NCBI GenBank assembly: GCA_964618625.1
Contig: CAZUBI010000001.1
Span: 254,930-318,929, forward strand
Reading direction: 5' to 3'
Source of the DNA: an uncultured Candidatus Saccharibacteria bacterium
GTDB taxonomy: Bacteria > Patescibacteriota > Minisyncoccia > UBA6257
Length of the DNA: 64,000 nucleotides
Below, in pieces: positions 20,119-29,947 of this stretch. A program made the position numbers and the translations under genes. Under the pieces are notes generated by a model, which searched no databases, was not told where the DNA came from, and saw only the letters and a program-made list of their open reading frames with translations. Positions within the stretch are counted from its first letter, which is position 1. Every line of letters begins with the position of its first letter.

Positions 20119-22131
20119 TTACATAGCATTCAACAACAGTGACGATGTCTTAAAGTCACCTAAGTCAAACGTATAGAAGTTAGTGTTTGTACCAGTGCTA
20201 ATTGTACCCCAATTAATTGATTCCAAAGCTACATAGTGAGATCCAGTAGTACTAGCAGTTAGGACAACTTGAAGAGTAAATTGTCTTGTATCATTCTCTT
20301 CAACTTGGAACACTACACCAGAACTATCATCACTATCACTTGATGAAGACTCAAGAAGTTGAGAAGCAACTGTAGAAGTACCTGCAGATGACGTAATGTC
20401 AAAAACAACACCCTGTCCAGCAGCGTCAGAACCATTATCATCTTCAGTAGTATCTTCAATATACATATCATCACCAAATGCTAATACATTAAAGACAATA
20501 GTGTAAGTTCCCTGATCGTTTTCACTCGCTGCGTCAGCAGAAAAACTCTTTATCCTTTCGACACTAACCAAACTCACTGAAATACCATCATCATAGACAA
20601 CGTGCGCTTCACCAACAGCAGTACCAGACATATCTCCAGTACCCAAATCTTCACCGGTTTCATCTTCTGCGTCAATGGCAGCGCGTTCAGTACTAGAAAT
20701 TTGAGCAAGAAAAGTATCTCCTGCGTCAAGAACGTCTGCTATTGAATTAAAGTCTGCCTTAACAAGGCATGTGTATGTCTCGCCTGCCTCAAGAACAAGG
20801 TCAAGATTATCAAATATAACTGTCTCTGTACTGCTAGTTACGCCTACTGTTGTATTTTCTGATCCTACTTTTTCTCCATCCACATAGAGATAAAGCGCAG
20901 AAACGAGATCATCTGGACCATTTCCAGTGCTTTCAACTGAAACAACATTCACAGGAATATCATCAATAGTAATGTCTGAGCTACCTTCTACCTCCATTGT
21001 GAATGAAAGAATTGATACGTTATCTGTATCATCTGTTGCATGAACATCAATTACATGCGCTTCATTAATACTTTCATCATCAAGAGCAATCTTAAGCTCT
21101 ATATTAGCTGATGTAGCATATGTATCAAACGAAAAAGTTGTAGCACCAACTCCTGGATCCTCGGAAATAGTTGCTCCTTGAGCATCTAGATACCGAATAG
21201 ATGAATAGTCAACAGTCCAAGTATCACCAGCATCAGCAGAATCAAGATTGTTAATGCCAGAAATCTTTACATAAAGAATACCTGTAGCTTCTGCAAGAAT
21301 AATGTTATTACCACTAAGTGTAACTGTCCTGATCCAGGTGTTGTCATCATCAAAAGTATCGGCATCTACGCGAGCAACTTCATTACTACCAAGCCATACT
21401 GAGACTTCGTCTGCAAATTTGTCAAACTCTCTACCAGCTGTAGCTGTGCCTTGAGCAAAAGTAAGCTGGATAGCTGTGATTCTAAGATCTGAGCCCTCAT
21501 CAGCTTCTATTTCAAGACCAGCAACTACAACATCATTCTCAGCTTCACCGACTTCCTCATTAGAAAGTCCGCTGGAAAGTTCATAGGCTACAACTGATCC
21601 TGCTCCACCCGTAAGAGCTGCTACAGTAGTTGTAGTAGTTGTATCTACGGGAGCAACTGTAGTAGTTGTTGTAGGAACTACTGGAGTACAATACAAAGCA
21701 TTGAATTTAGCTCTGGTTGTAGAACCAGCATAACCAGTCCCTTTAGTGAATCCCCAAGAAGCTAAAACCTCAGAAGCATATTTCTCCTGAAACTTAATTA
21801 CTGCGGCTTTGGTCAATGCACCGAAATAAGAAGTTTCATATCCAGAAGCACCAGCCCCAGAAATAGCCACTTGAGTGGCTGAATCTTGGTTTAATCCTTG
21901 CTGGAGTATCTTTACTTCAGCGCTTGTCATTCCTGAGGAAAGATCGCCAGTAAGACAAAGCCCTGTAGTAGTAGTTGTCTGCCCAGATATTTGTGCTTGT
22001 AGCGAAGTAATCTGAGCTAACAAAGCTGTAATCTGAACTTGAAGATCTGCAATTGTATCTGCGCCTGCTGAGCCAACCATAGAAACGGCAAAAGCTACAG
22101 CAATAACAGAAGCAATAATTTTATTTTTCAT
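20119..22131 (-). CDS. large secreted Thr-rich surface protein with N-terminal coiled-coil + PG_binding_1 module
   Basis: 670 aa; signal peptide; LQAQ coiled-coil; YFGALTKAAVIKFQ; poly-Thr linkers (TTTTTVAPVDTTTTTTV); acidic beta-rich C-terminal region. Confidence 0.6.
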   Translation of the reverse strand: MKNKIIASVIAVAFAVSMVGSAGADTIADLQVQITALLAQITSLQAQISGQTTTTTGLCLTGDLSSGMTSAEVKILQQGLNQDSATQVAISGAGASGYETSYFGALTKAAVIKFQEKYASEVLASWGFTKGTGYAGSTTRAKFNALYCTPVVPTTTTTVAPVDTTTTTTVAALTGGAGSVVAYELSSGLSNEEVGEAENDVVVAGLEIEADEGSDLRITAIQLTFAQGTATAGREFDKFADEVSVWLGSNEVARVDADTFDDDNTWIRTVTLSGNNIILAEATGILYVKISGINNLDSADAGDTWTVDYSSIRYLDAQGATISEDPGVGATTFSFDTYATSANIELKIALDDESINEAHVIDVHATDDTDNVSILSFTMEVEGSSDITIDDIPVNVVSVESTGNGPDDLVSALYLYVDGEKVGSENTTVGVTSSTETVIFDNLDLVLEAGETYTCLVKADFNSIADVLDAGDTFLAQISSTERAAIDAEDETGEDLGTGDMSGTAVGEAHVVYDDGISVSLVSVERIKSFSADAASENDQGTYTIVFNVLAFGDDMYIEDTTEDDNGSDAAGQGVVFDITSSAGTSTVASQLLESSSSDSDDSSGVVFQVEENDTRQFTLQVVLTASTTGSHYVALESINWGTISTGTNTNFYTFDLGDFKTSSLLLNAM

Positions 22132-22171
22132 TTTATTTAATCGAATTTTTGTTTAATTTTTATGTTATTAA

Positions 22172-22264
22172 CGACCTGCCTTGAAACTAATGAAGAGCGC
22201 TCTTTATGCACCCATCAGTTTCTCTTATGGGCAATAACTTTGCCTACCAAAGTTTTGGCAGGCG
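22172..22264 (-). promoter_or_regulatory. structured 5' leader with mutually exclusive helices upstream of the large surface-protein gene
   Basis: outer stem cctgccttgaaact/agttttggcagg overlaps inner hairpin aacttt-ggtaggc-aaagtt. Confidence 0.3.
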
Positions 22265-22297
22265 AATCCAAATTCTCTAAGAAGATTTAGTTTCGAC

Positions 22298-23188
22298 CTA
22301 ATTTTCCTCCAAAGAGTGGATTGACAATAATTTGTTAATACTTTCAATCTTATCTATCGCTGTCAAGCAATCTCCAGCTTTAAAAGCATTACTTGCTTCT
22401 AATAATAAATTCTTACATTTTATAATGTCACCTGGGGACCATCGATATAATTCATTCTGATTAGCAGTAAAATATTTCCCTAAATCTTCTAATTTATTTT
22501 GTAAATAACCAGGGCATTGATTAATTTCTTCAGTGGTTTCTATAATAAGAGCAAGAACCTGTGATTGGGAATTTTCTACACTTTTATTCAATTCTTCTCT
22601 TTCTTTTTCTTCTAAAGAAATCTTATCTGCAAGATTTTGTAAAGGCTTACTTCTTTCTTGAATGTCTTTTGAAATATTTAAAGCAACTTGTTTGTTATTT
22701 ATATTTTTAATTTCCTGAGAAACAATTTCTAAATCTTTTCCAATGTTTTTTGCAATAACACTTATCTCTTTCTCATAATTTTCAACTTTACTTAAATCTC
22801 CCATTCTTGCTTTTACAACTTCCAAACGAACAACAGGTTTTGTATTTTCAGAAGCAAGATAAATCTTAGCATTCTGGGTTAAAGTTTTTATTGGATATAA
22901 AATATTACCCGGTAAAGTTGTCTGGGCAAAAGCGAATGAAAAAACAAAGAAGAAAGCTAACAAGGAAGGAACTAATGTTTTCTGATATTTGGAAATAAAA
23001 GAAAAAACCGCCAGTTTAACTTTTGGTTTATTATATAAACCACTTTGCGGTTTGGTCTGTAAAATATTGGCTTTAAGCCAATTAGCCCAATCCTGATTGG
23101 ACTTTATTTGTTTTAAATCTTGTAATTTTTGAATAAGCTCTTTTTCTTGCATAATTTCTTCTACTACACAAGACGTAAAAAACAACAA
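22298..23188 (-). CDS. membrane-anchored protein downstream of the ECF sigma factor (putative anti-sigma factor)
   Basis: 296 aa, single TM (LLAFFFVFSFAFA); assigned by position after the sigma gene. Confidence 0.3.
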   Translation of the reverse strand: MLFFTSCVVEEIMQEKELIQKLQDLKQIKSNQDWANWLKANILQTKPQSGLYNKPKVKLAVFSFISKYQKTLVPSLLAFFFVFSFAFAQTTLPGNILYPIKTLTQNAKIYLASENTKPVVRLEVVKARMGDLSKVENYEKEISVIAKNIGKDLEIVSQEIKNINNKQVALNISKDIQERSKPLQNLADKISLEEKEREELNKSVENSQSQVLALIIETTEEINQCPGYLQNKLEDLGKYFTANQNELYRWSPGDIIKCKNLLLEASNAFKAGDCLTAIDKIESINKLLSIHSLEEN

Positions 23189-23192
23189 TTTG

Positions 23193-23696
23193 TTACACTT
23201 CTAATTGTTCTTTTAATGCCTGTAATGCCCTATGGATTATTACTCTTACATTTCCTTCTCTTTTCCCGAGTATTTGCGCAATCTCTTTGCTGGATAAATC
23301 ATCCACATAATGCCAAATAATGACATCAGCATAAACAGGTTTTATATTATGAAAAACTTTTTTAATTCTCTTCATTTCCAAAGTTAATTCTATCTTTTCA
23401 ATAAAAGTTGGTTGAGCAACTTGAAAATCAGCTATTTCCCCAACTTTATCCAAAGAAAGAGGTTTTTTGCTTTTTGCGCGATAAAAATCAATAATTTGAT
23501 TTCTTGCTATGCGATAAAGAAAAGCAGTTGGATTAGAAATCTCAGAACCTTGTCTTCTCCATAACTTTAAAAAAGCCAAAGAAGTTAAGTCTTGGGCTGT
23601 TTCTGTAGTGTCTACACGAAGATAGACAAAACGGAAAACTTTATCTATATTTTTGTCGTAAAACTCTGAAAATTCCTGTTTATCCATAATGAACAA
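23193..23696 (-). CDS. RNA polymerase sigma-70 factor, ECF subfamily
   Basis: 167 aa; region 2 (FLYRIARNQIIDFYR) and region 4 HTH (LSSKEIAQILGKREGNVRVIIHRA). Confidence 0.85.
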   Translation of the reverse strand: MFIMDKQEFSEFYDKNIDKVFRFVYLRVDTTETAQDLTSLAFLKLWRRQGSEISNPTAFLYRIARNQIIDFYRAKSKKPLSLDKVGEIADFQVAQPTFIEKIELTLEMKRIKKVFHNIKPVYADVIIWHYVDDLSSKEIAQILGKREGNVRVIIHRALQALKEQLEV

Positions 23697-23703
23697 CGAT
23701 TAT

Positions 23704-24648
23704 TTAAAAACTTGAAATTACTTTGGCTAATTTCTTAGAATCATGACGAAGCAATGGCCCTTGCCTTAATAGACGAGTGAAAATTACTTTTGGTTTTTTC
23801 CAGGAACTTAGCAATTTCCTATCGTATTTAACCAATTCAGCTTTTTCTTTATTATATTTGCCTAAATAATAATTTCTGGGTTTTTCAATATTAACAAGAA
23901 AATAGTCAATCACTCCTTTTCCAAGATATTTCTCTAATGTAGCAAAAAAATCCTCTTCTGTAAACTTATTTGTCTCTCCATATTTTGTCATTATATTACA
24001 AACATAAATTTTCTTTGCTCGCGATTTCTTTACTGCTTCTTTGATTCCTTTAACTAAAAAATTGGGAATAATGCTGGTATATAGATCGCCAGGCCCAGTA
24101 ATAATAATATCCGCATCCTTAATAGCTTTAATAGCTTCTTTATTGGCTTTAGGCTCTGGATTCAAAAAAACTTCTTCTATAAATAAATTCCCATCATGTT
24201 TGGGAGCGTCAATATTTGACTCTCCTACTACAAGAAAATCGTTTTCTAAACGGGCAAAAAGTCGCGTATAATCCAAAGTTACGGGAATAACTTTTCCTTT
24301 AATTCCTAAAATCTTTGACGCCTCTTTAACAGCTTGATTAAAATCACCTGTTATTCTTTCTAAAGCAGTGAGAAAAAGATTACCAAAACTATGGCCTTTT
24401 AACCCTGTTCCGTTTTCAAAACGATAATTGAACAAATTAGCTAAAACCGGACTATCAGATGAAAGAGCTACTAATACTCTTCTGATATCTCCCGGGGGTA
24501 AAATGCCAAATTCCTCCCGCAAAACCCCTGAAGAACCGCCATCATCAGCTGTTGTGACAATCGCAGATAAGTGAAAAGGGTAATTTTTTAAACCAGTTAA
24601 AACAGTAAATACACCAGTTCCCCCACCAATAACTACAATCTTTTTCAT
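23704..24648 (-). CDS. YvcK/CofD-family (UPF0052) gluconeogenesis-factor-like protein
   Basis: VVIGGGTGVFTVLTGLK...TTADDGGSSGVLR...PPGDIRRVLVAL. Confidence 0.75.
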   Translation of the reverse strand: MKKIVVIGGGTGVFTVLTGLKNYPFHLSAIVTTADDGGSSGVLREEFGILPPGDIRRVLVALSSDSPVLANLFNYRFENGTGLKGHSFGNLFLTALERITGDFNQAVKEASKILGIKGKVIPVTLDYTRLFARLENDFLVVGESNIDAPKHDGNLFIEEVFLNPEPKANKEAIKAIKDADIIITGPGDLYTSIIPNFLVKGIKEAVKKSRAKKIYVCNIMTKYGETNKFTEEDFFATLEKYLGKGVIDYFLVNIEKPRNYYLGKYNKEKAELVKYDRKLLSSWKKPKVIFTRLLRQGPLLRHDSKKLAKVISSF

Positions 24649-27083
24649 ACCACAAAATTGATGAGTTTGTCTTTAATGAAAACAACCTTCTTTATCTTTT
24701 TCTTACCTAAATGTTTTTTTACTAATGAAGAACTTTTTGCTAATTTTTCAGCTTCTACTTTATTAATGCCTTTTTTTGTCTTTATTTTGGCTCTTATTTT
24801 ACCATTTATTTGAGCTATTAACACAAAATTTATTTCTTCTGTTAAATGGGATTTAAAAGTAGGCCATTTTTCCTGGCAAACAGATTTTCGATGTTTTAGA
24901 TATACACTCCACAATTCCTCAGATAGATGAGGGGCAAATGGAGACAAAAGCAAAACCAAACTTTCCAAATGTTTCTTATCCACTTTTTCCAGAGGAACCT
25001 CATATAATTGATTAACATATTCCATTAAAGAACTAATGGTTGTATTAAAATGAAGTTTTTCTAAATCTTCTGTTACTTTTTTAATGGTTTTATGCCTGGT
25101 CTTTTCCAAATTTTTCAAATTCTCTTTTAGTTTTCTTTTTGCCTCTGTAGTCAAAATTAATTTTTCCTCTTTTTTCTTCTTTTTAGATTTTTTACAAGCT
25201 ATTGGATTTTTTTCAGTCACCAAATACCAAGCCCGATTAAGAAAACGATATATCCCGATAACTCCCTGACTACCCCATGGTTTTGAAAAAGATAAAGGCC
25301 CCATAAACATTTCATACATTCTCAAGCTATCAGTTCCATATTTTTTAATAATATCATCAGGGCTTATTACATTACCCCTTGATTTAGACATCTTTTCTCC
25401 ATCTTCGCCTAAAATAATGCCTTGATTAATCAAACAAGAAAATGGCTCTGAGGTAGAAACTATTCCAATATCATAAAGAAATTTATGCCAGAAACGGGCA
25501 TATAAAAGATGCAAGACCGCATGCTCCACTCCTCCAATATAAATATCAACTGGCATCCAGCATTTTTCTTTTTTAATATCAACTAATTTTTTCTTATTCT
25601 TTGGATCCAGATAACGCAAAAAATACCATGAAGAGCCTGCCCATTGCGGCATTGTATTTACTTCTCTTTTAGCAGGACCTTTACATTTTGGACACTTTAC
25701 GTTTACCCAAGAGGAAATATCTGCTAATGGCGATTTACTCTTTCCACTTGGTTGATATTTTCTAATTTCAGGTAGTTTTAACGGCAATTCACTCTCCTTT
25801 AGGGGCACGTTACCGCATCTAGGACATTTAATTATAGGAATAGGTTCTCCCCAATATCTCTGGCGGGAAAAAATCCAATCTCTTAATTTATAACGGACAT
25901 TTTTTTTACCCCCAATATAAAGAGCAATTTTTTCTTGAGCTATTTTTGAAGAAGTACCATTAAACGGCCCTGAATTCATTAATATTCCATCTGATGAAAT
26001 AACTTCTTTTACTGGCAAACGAAACTGCTCGGCAAATTGAAGATCCCGTTCATCATGCGCAGGCACACCCATTATCGCTCCTGTTCCATAACTCATTAAA
26101 ACATAATCAGACACCCAAATCGGCACTCTTTCCCTGTTAGCAGGATTTATAGCATACGTTCCAATAAATACTCCGCTTTTTTCTTTAATTTGAGCTTGCC
26201 TTTCAAAATCTGATTTTTGTGAAGCTTGCTCAATATACTTTTTTACTTCGGAGCTGGAACTTTCTGAAGTAATTTTTTTTATTAAAGGATGCTCTGGCGC
26301 TAATACTAAATAAGTAGCTCCAAAAATTGTATCGGTTCTGGTTGTAAAAACTTTAATATATTCTTCATGCCCAACAACTTTAAATTCTACATCAATGCCT
26401 TCGGAACGGCCAATCCAATTTCTTTGCATTGTTTTTACACGTTCAGGCCAATTCAATAGATCCAAATCCTTTAATAATTTATCTGCGTAAGCTGTTATTT
26501 TCAAAACCCATTGTTTTAATTCTTTTCTTATTACTAAAGTGCCGCAACGATCACATTTACCTCCAACAACTTCTTCATCAGCTAAAACAGTTTTACAAGA
26601 AGGACACCAGTTAACAGAAATTTCATCTTCATATGCTAAGCCATGCTTATAAAGCTGCAAAAATATCCACTGAGTCCATTTATAATAATTAGGATCAGTT
26701 GTATTAACTTCTCTCTGCCAATCATAACTAAATCCCATTGCCTGAAGCTGCTTGCGAAAATGTTTAATATTTTTCGCCACTACTTCTTTGGGGTTTTTCT
26801 TGGTTTTTATGGCATAATTTTCTGCTGGTAATCCAAAAGCATCCCATCCCATTGGATGTAAAACATCGTAACCTTTCATCCGATAATAACGCGACAAAAT
26901 ATCAGAAGCTGTATATCCTTCTATGTGTCCGACATGAAGTCCTTCTCCTGAAGGATAAGGAAACATATCTAAGATATAGATATGTTTCTTTTTAGGCTTA
27001 TCAGCAGTATGCCAAACTTTATAATTGTTTTTAGCCCAAATATTTTGCCATTTGGGTTCAATTTTATTAGGTTGGTAGGACAT
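24645..27083 (-). CDS. leuS: leucyl-tRNA synthetase
   Basis: 812 aa; HVGHIEGY (HIGH) and KMSKSRGN motifs; class Ia Leu editing-domain architecture. Confidence 0.92.
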   Translation of the reverse strand: MSYQPNKIEPKWQNIWAKNNYKVWHTADKPKKKHIYILDMFPYPSGEGLHVGHIEGYTASDILSRYYRMKGYDVLHPMGWDAFGLPAENYAIKTKKNPKEVVAKNIKHFRKQLQAMGFSYDWQREVNTTDPNYYKWTQWIFLQLYKHGLAYEDEISVNWCPSCKTVLADEEVVGGKCDRCGTLVIRKELKQWVLKITAYADKLLKDLDLLNWPERVKTMQRNWIGRSEGIDVEFKVVGHEEYIKVFTTRTDTIFGATYLVLAPEHPLIKKITSESSSSEVKKYIEQASQKSDFERQAQIKEKSGVFIGTYAINPANRERVPIWVSDYVLMSYGTGAIMGVPAHDERDLQFAEQFRLPVKEVISSDGILMNSGPFNGTSSKIAQEKIALYIGGKKNVRYKLRDWIFSRQRYWGEPIPIIKCPRCGNVPLKESELPLKLPEIRKYQPSGKSKSPLADISSWVNVKCPKCKGPAKREVNTMPQWAGSSWYFLRYLDPKNKKKLVDIKKEKCWMPVDIYIGGVEHAVLHLLYARFWHKFLYDIGIVSTSEPFSCLINQGIILGEDGEKMSKSRGNVISPDDIIKKYGTDSLRMYEMFMGPLSFSKPWGSQGVIGIYRFLNRAWYLVTEKNPIACKKSKKKKKEEKLILTTEAKRKLKENLKNLEKTRHKTIKKVTEDLEKLHFNTTISSLMEYVNQLYEVPLEKVDKKHLESLVLLLSPFAPHLSEELWSVYLKHRKSVCQEKWPTFKSHLTEEINFVLIAQINGKIRAKIKTKKGINKVEAEKLAKSSSLVKKHLGKKKIKKVVFIKDKLINFVV

Positions 27084-27089
27084 AAAAAA

Positions 27090-28073
27090 TTAATTGGTAG
27101 TTGTGGTAACTCCTGGCGGTGGTGTTTTTGGTAAACGCCCTTTAGGAATTTTTGGGGTTGGTATTGGCAATGCTTTCATAATATTTTCTATAGTGCTGGT
27201 GGCAAAACCTTGTTTTTCTAAAACCTGAACGCTTTGCTGTACCCTATTTTTCAATTTTTCTTTCAACTGCTCTGCTTTAGCCTGAACATGGTCTGAGTAA
27301 TCCCCTAAATTCGTTTGCTGAAGTTGTTCTTGTATACTATTCATTATTCGCAATTGTCGAAATTCTCCAGCTGGCGCAGATTTTAAAGGCTGTAGTTCCT
27401 GTAATTTATTTTCCAAACGATTCATAAACTCTTCCTGATTTTCAAATTTTAAACGAAGAAGGGGTAAGGTTTGATTAATGTTTTGACGAATTCTTTCAAC
27501 TTGAACAACAACTTCTGGGACTTTTTCTAAAATCCTATCTAAAACTTCTGAGTGACGAATCTCAGCTTCTGTGACTTTATCAAGAAGTTTGTCTATATTC
27601 GGATTTTCCGAAGTTTCTTTTAAGCTCTCCATCCTATCTCTTAATCTACTCATTGCGTTTGTATAATTATCAAACGCTTTTTCTAAAACTTCCTGCTTTG
27701 GAGCTTTTTGAGCTATTGCTTCTGCCTCAGCTAATTTTTCTGAAAGTATCTGCAATTGTACTTCACTCTTTTTTATTGGATCTCTAGTCCACCCTACTTT
27801 TAAACCTCTCCACCATTCTTTCAAAAAATAAAAAGGACTAGTAGGAAGTAACCCTACTCTTTTTAATCCTAAGGCTTTTGGAACAGAAAGTTCTTCTTCC
27901 TCTGGTAAAGTTGTTGTAGTTGTATCAACAATCGTAGTGGTCGTAGCATCTCCAACCGTAGTTGTTGTAGCATCAATAACAGTAGTTGTGGTTGTTTCTT
28001 CAGCAAATATTAAATTTACAGAAACTCCGCTAATTAAACCACAAAGAAATAAACCTAAAATTATTTTTTTCAT
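27090..28073 (-). CDS. secreted Thr-rich protein with DUF5667-like domain
   Basis: signal peptide; TTTT repeats; PTSPFYFLKEW motif also present in the 43966..45858 protein. Confidence 0.45.
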   Translation of the reverse strand: MKKIILGLFLCGLISGVSVNLIFAEETTTTTVIDATTTTVGDATTTTIVDTTTTTLPEEEELSVPKALGLKRVGLLPTSPFYFLKEWWRGLKVGWTRDPIKKSEVQLQILSEKLAEAEAIAQKAPKQEVLEKAFDNYTNAMSRLRDRMESLKETSENPNIDKLLDKVTEAEIRHSEVLDRILEKVPEVVVQVERIRQNINQTLPLLRLKFENQEEFMNRLENKLQELQPLKSAPAGEFRQLRIMNSIQEQLQQTNLGDYSDHVQAKAEQLKEKLKNRVQQSVQVLEKQGFATSTIENIMKALPIPTPKIPKGRLPKTPPPGVTTTTN

Positions 28074-28096
28074 ATTTTTATTTTAATTTTTTAATG

Positions 28097-29887
28097 TCAG
28101 GATGATAAAATAGAATTGTCGTCTTTATGAATTATATCACAAAATTTAGTAATTGTCATGCTTCCAATATCACCTTTTTTTCTTTTTCTTACAGCAATAT
28201 TTTTCTTTTTCTCTTCTTTATCTCCTACCACTAAAATATAAGGAATTTTTTGAATTTCTGCTTCTCTTATCCTCTTTGATAATGTTTCGCTACCAGCTGA
28301 AAGTTCAACTCTTAATTCTTTTTCTTGAAGCAATTGAATAACTTTATTGGCATAATCAATATTTTCTTCTTTCACTGGAACAACTACTACTTGAACTGGA
28401 GCTAACCATAAAGGAAATGCTCCAGCATAATTTTCAATGAGTATGCCCATAAATCTTTCAATGCTGCCTAAGATAGTTCTGTGCAACATAACCGGTCTCT
28501 TTTTGTTCCCATTTTTATCAATGTAAAAAAGATCAAATTTTTCCGGCATAATAAAATCCAACTGAATCGTGCCGCATTGCCAGCTTCTACCCAAACAATC
28601 TTTTAAATGAAAATCAATTTTTGGCCCATAGAAAGCTCCATCTCCCTCCTTTAAAATATAATCCATCTTTTTTTCTTCTAAGGCCCCCTTTAGTCCATTT
28701 GTGGCATTTTCCCATATTTCATCAGAACCCATTGCGTTTTCCGGCTTAGTGCTGAGTTCTACATGATAAGAAAATCCAAACCTTTTATATATGCGGCCAG
28801 TTAAATCTATAACCTTTTTTATTTCATCCTTAATCTGCGCTGGAGTCATATATATATGAGCGTCATCCTGAGTAAAGCACCTTACTCTAAACAGACCTGC
28901 CAAAACCCCAGATAACTCATGCCTATGAACTAATCCCAATTCCGCCACTTTTAATGGCAAATCTCTATAGCTATGCAAAGAATTTTGATAAATTAAAATT
29001 CCTCCTGGGCAATTCATTGGTTTGATAGCATAATCTTCTTCATCAATCTTTGTGAAATACATATTTTCTTTGTAATGATCCCAATGGCCCGACTTCACCC
29101 ATAATGTTTTATTCAAAAGTATTGGAGTTTTAACTTCAGTATAACCACTTTCCCGATGCTCTTTTTTCCAATAATCTTCTAAAATATTTCGTAGAATCAT
29201 TCCTTTGTTATGAAAAAAAGGAAAACCAACTCCTTCATCGTGAAAACTAAATAAGTCCAATTCTTTGCCTAATTTTCGATGGTCTCTTTTTTCCGCCTCT
29301 TCTAATAGATATAGGTATTCTTTTAATTCTTTTTCTTTTGAAAAAGCAATTCCAACAATCCTTTGCAACATTGGATTCGTCTCCTTGCCGCGCCAATAAG
29401 CACCGGAAACTTTACTAAGCTTGAAACTTAAAGGAAGATCTTTACTATTTTTTACATGAGGCCCACGGCATAAATCTACAAATTCACCTAGTTGATAAAT
29501 TGATACTGTTTTTGGAGCTTTAATTTTTTCTTTTTTATCTTTAATACTTAATATTTTATTTTGTTCTGTGGTTCCATATTTTTCTAAATCCTTCAAAAGC
29601 TCAATTTTGTAAGATTGCTTTAATTTTTTAAAAATATCTTTTGCTTCTTTCAAAGAAATATCTTCCTTTTTAAAAGATATTTCTTGTTTAATAATTTTTT
29701 TCATTTCTACTTCAATTTTCGGTAAATCTTCTATAGATAAAGTTTTACCAATATCTATATCATAATAAAAACCGTTTTCTATTGTTGGCCCAATACCAAA
29801 TTTAGCCTTAGAATATAAATTCTTTACAGCTAAAGCTAATACGTGAGCCATAGAATGGCGAATAATTTCTAAAAGATCTTGTTTCAT
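28097..29887 (-). CDS. thrS: threonyl-tRNA synthetase
   Basis: 596 aa; HSMAHVLA (editing domain); class II motifs HRHELSG, FTQDDAH. Confidence 0.9.
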   Translation of the reverse strand: MKQDLLEIIRHSMAHVLALAVKNLYSKAKFGIGPTIENGFYYDIDIGKTLSIEDLPKIEVEMKKIIKQEISFKKEDISLKEAKDIFKKLKQSYKIELLKDLEKYGTTEQNKILSIKDKKEKIKAPKTVSIYQLGEFVDLCRGPHVKNSKDLPLSFKLSKVSGAYWRGKETNPMLQRIVGIAFSKEKELKEYLYLLEEAEKRDHRKLGKELDLFSFHDEGVGFPFFHNKGMILRNILEDYWKKEHRESGYTEVKTPILLNKTLWVKSGHWDHYKENMYFTKIDEEDYAIKPMNCPGGILIYQNSLHSYRDLPLKVAELGLVHRHELSGVLAGLFRVRCFTQDDAHIYMTPAQIKDEIKKVIDLTGRIYKRFGFSYHVELSTKPENAMGSDEIWENATNGLKGALEEKKMDYILKEGDGAFYGPKIDFHLKDCLGRSWQCGTIQLDFIMPEKFDLFYIDKNGNKKRPVMLHRTILGSIERFMGILIENYAGAFPLWLAPVQVVVVPVKEENIDYANKVIQLLQEKELRVELSAGSETLSKRIREAEIQKIPYILVVGDKEEKKKNIAVRKRKKGDIGSMTITKFCDIIHKDDNSILSS

Positions 29888-29947
29888 AATACTGCCTATT
29901 TAAAGGTTGTTAATTATTATATGTTTTATATTAAAAACTTTCAAGCA

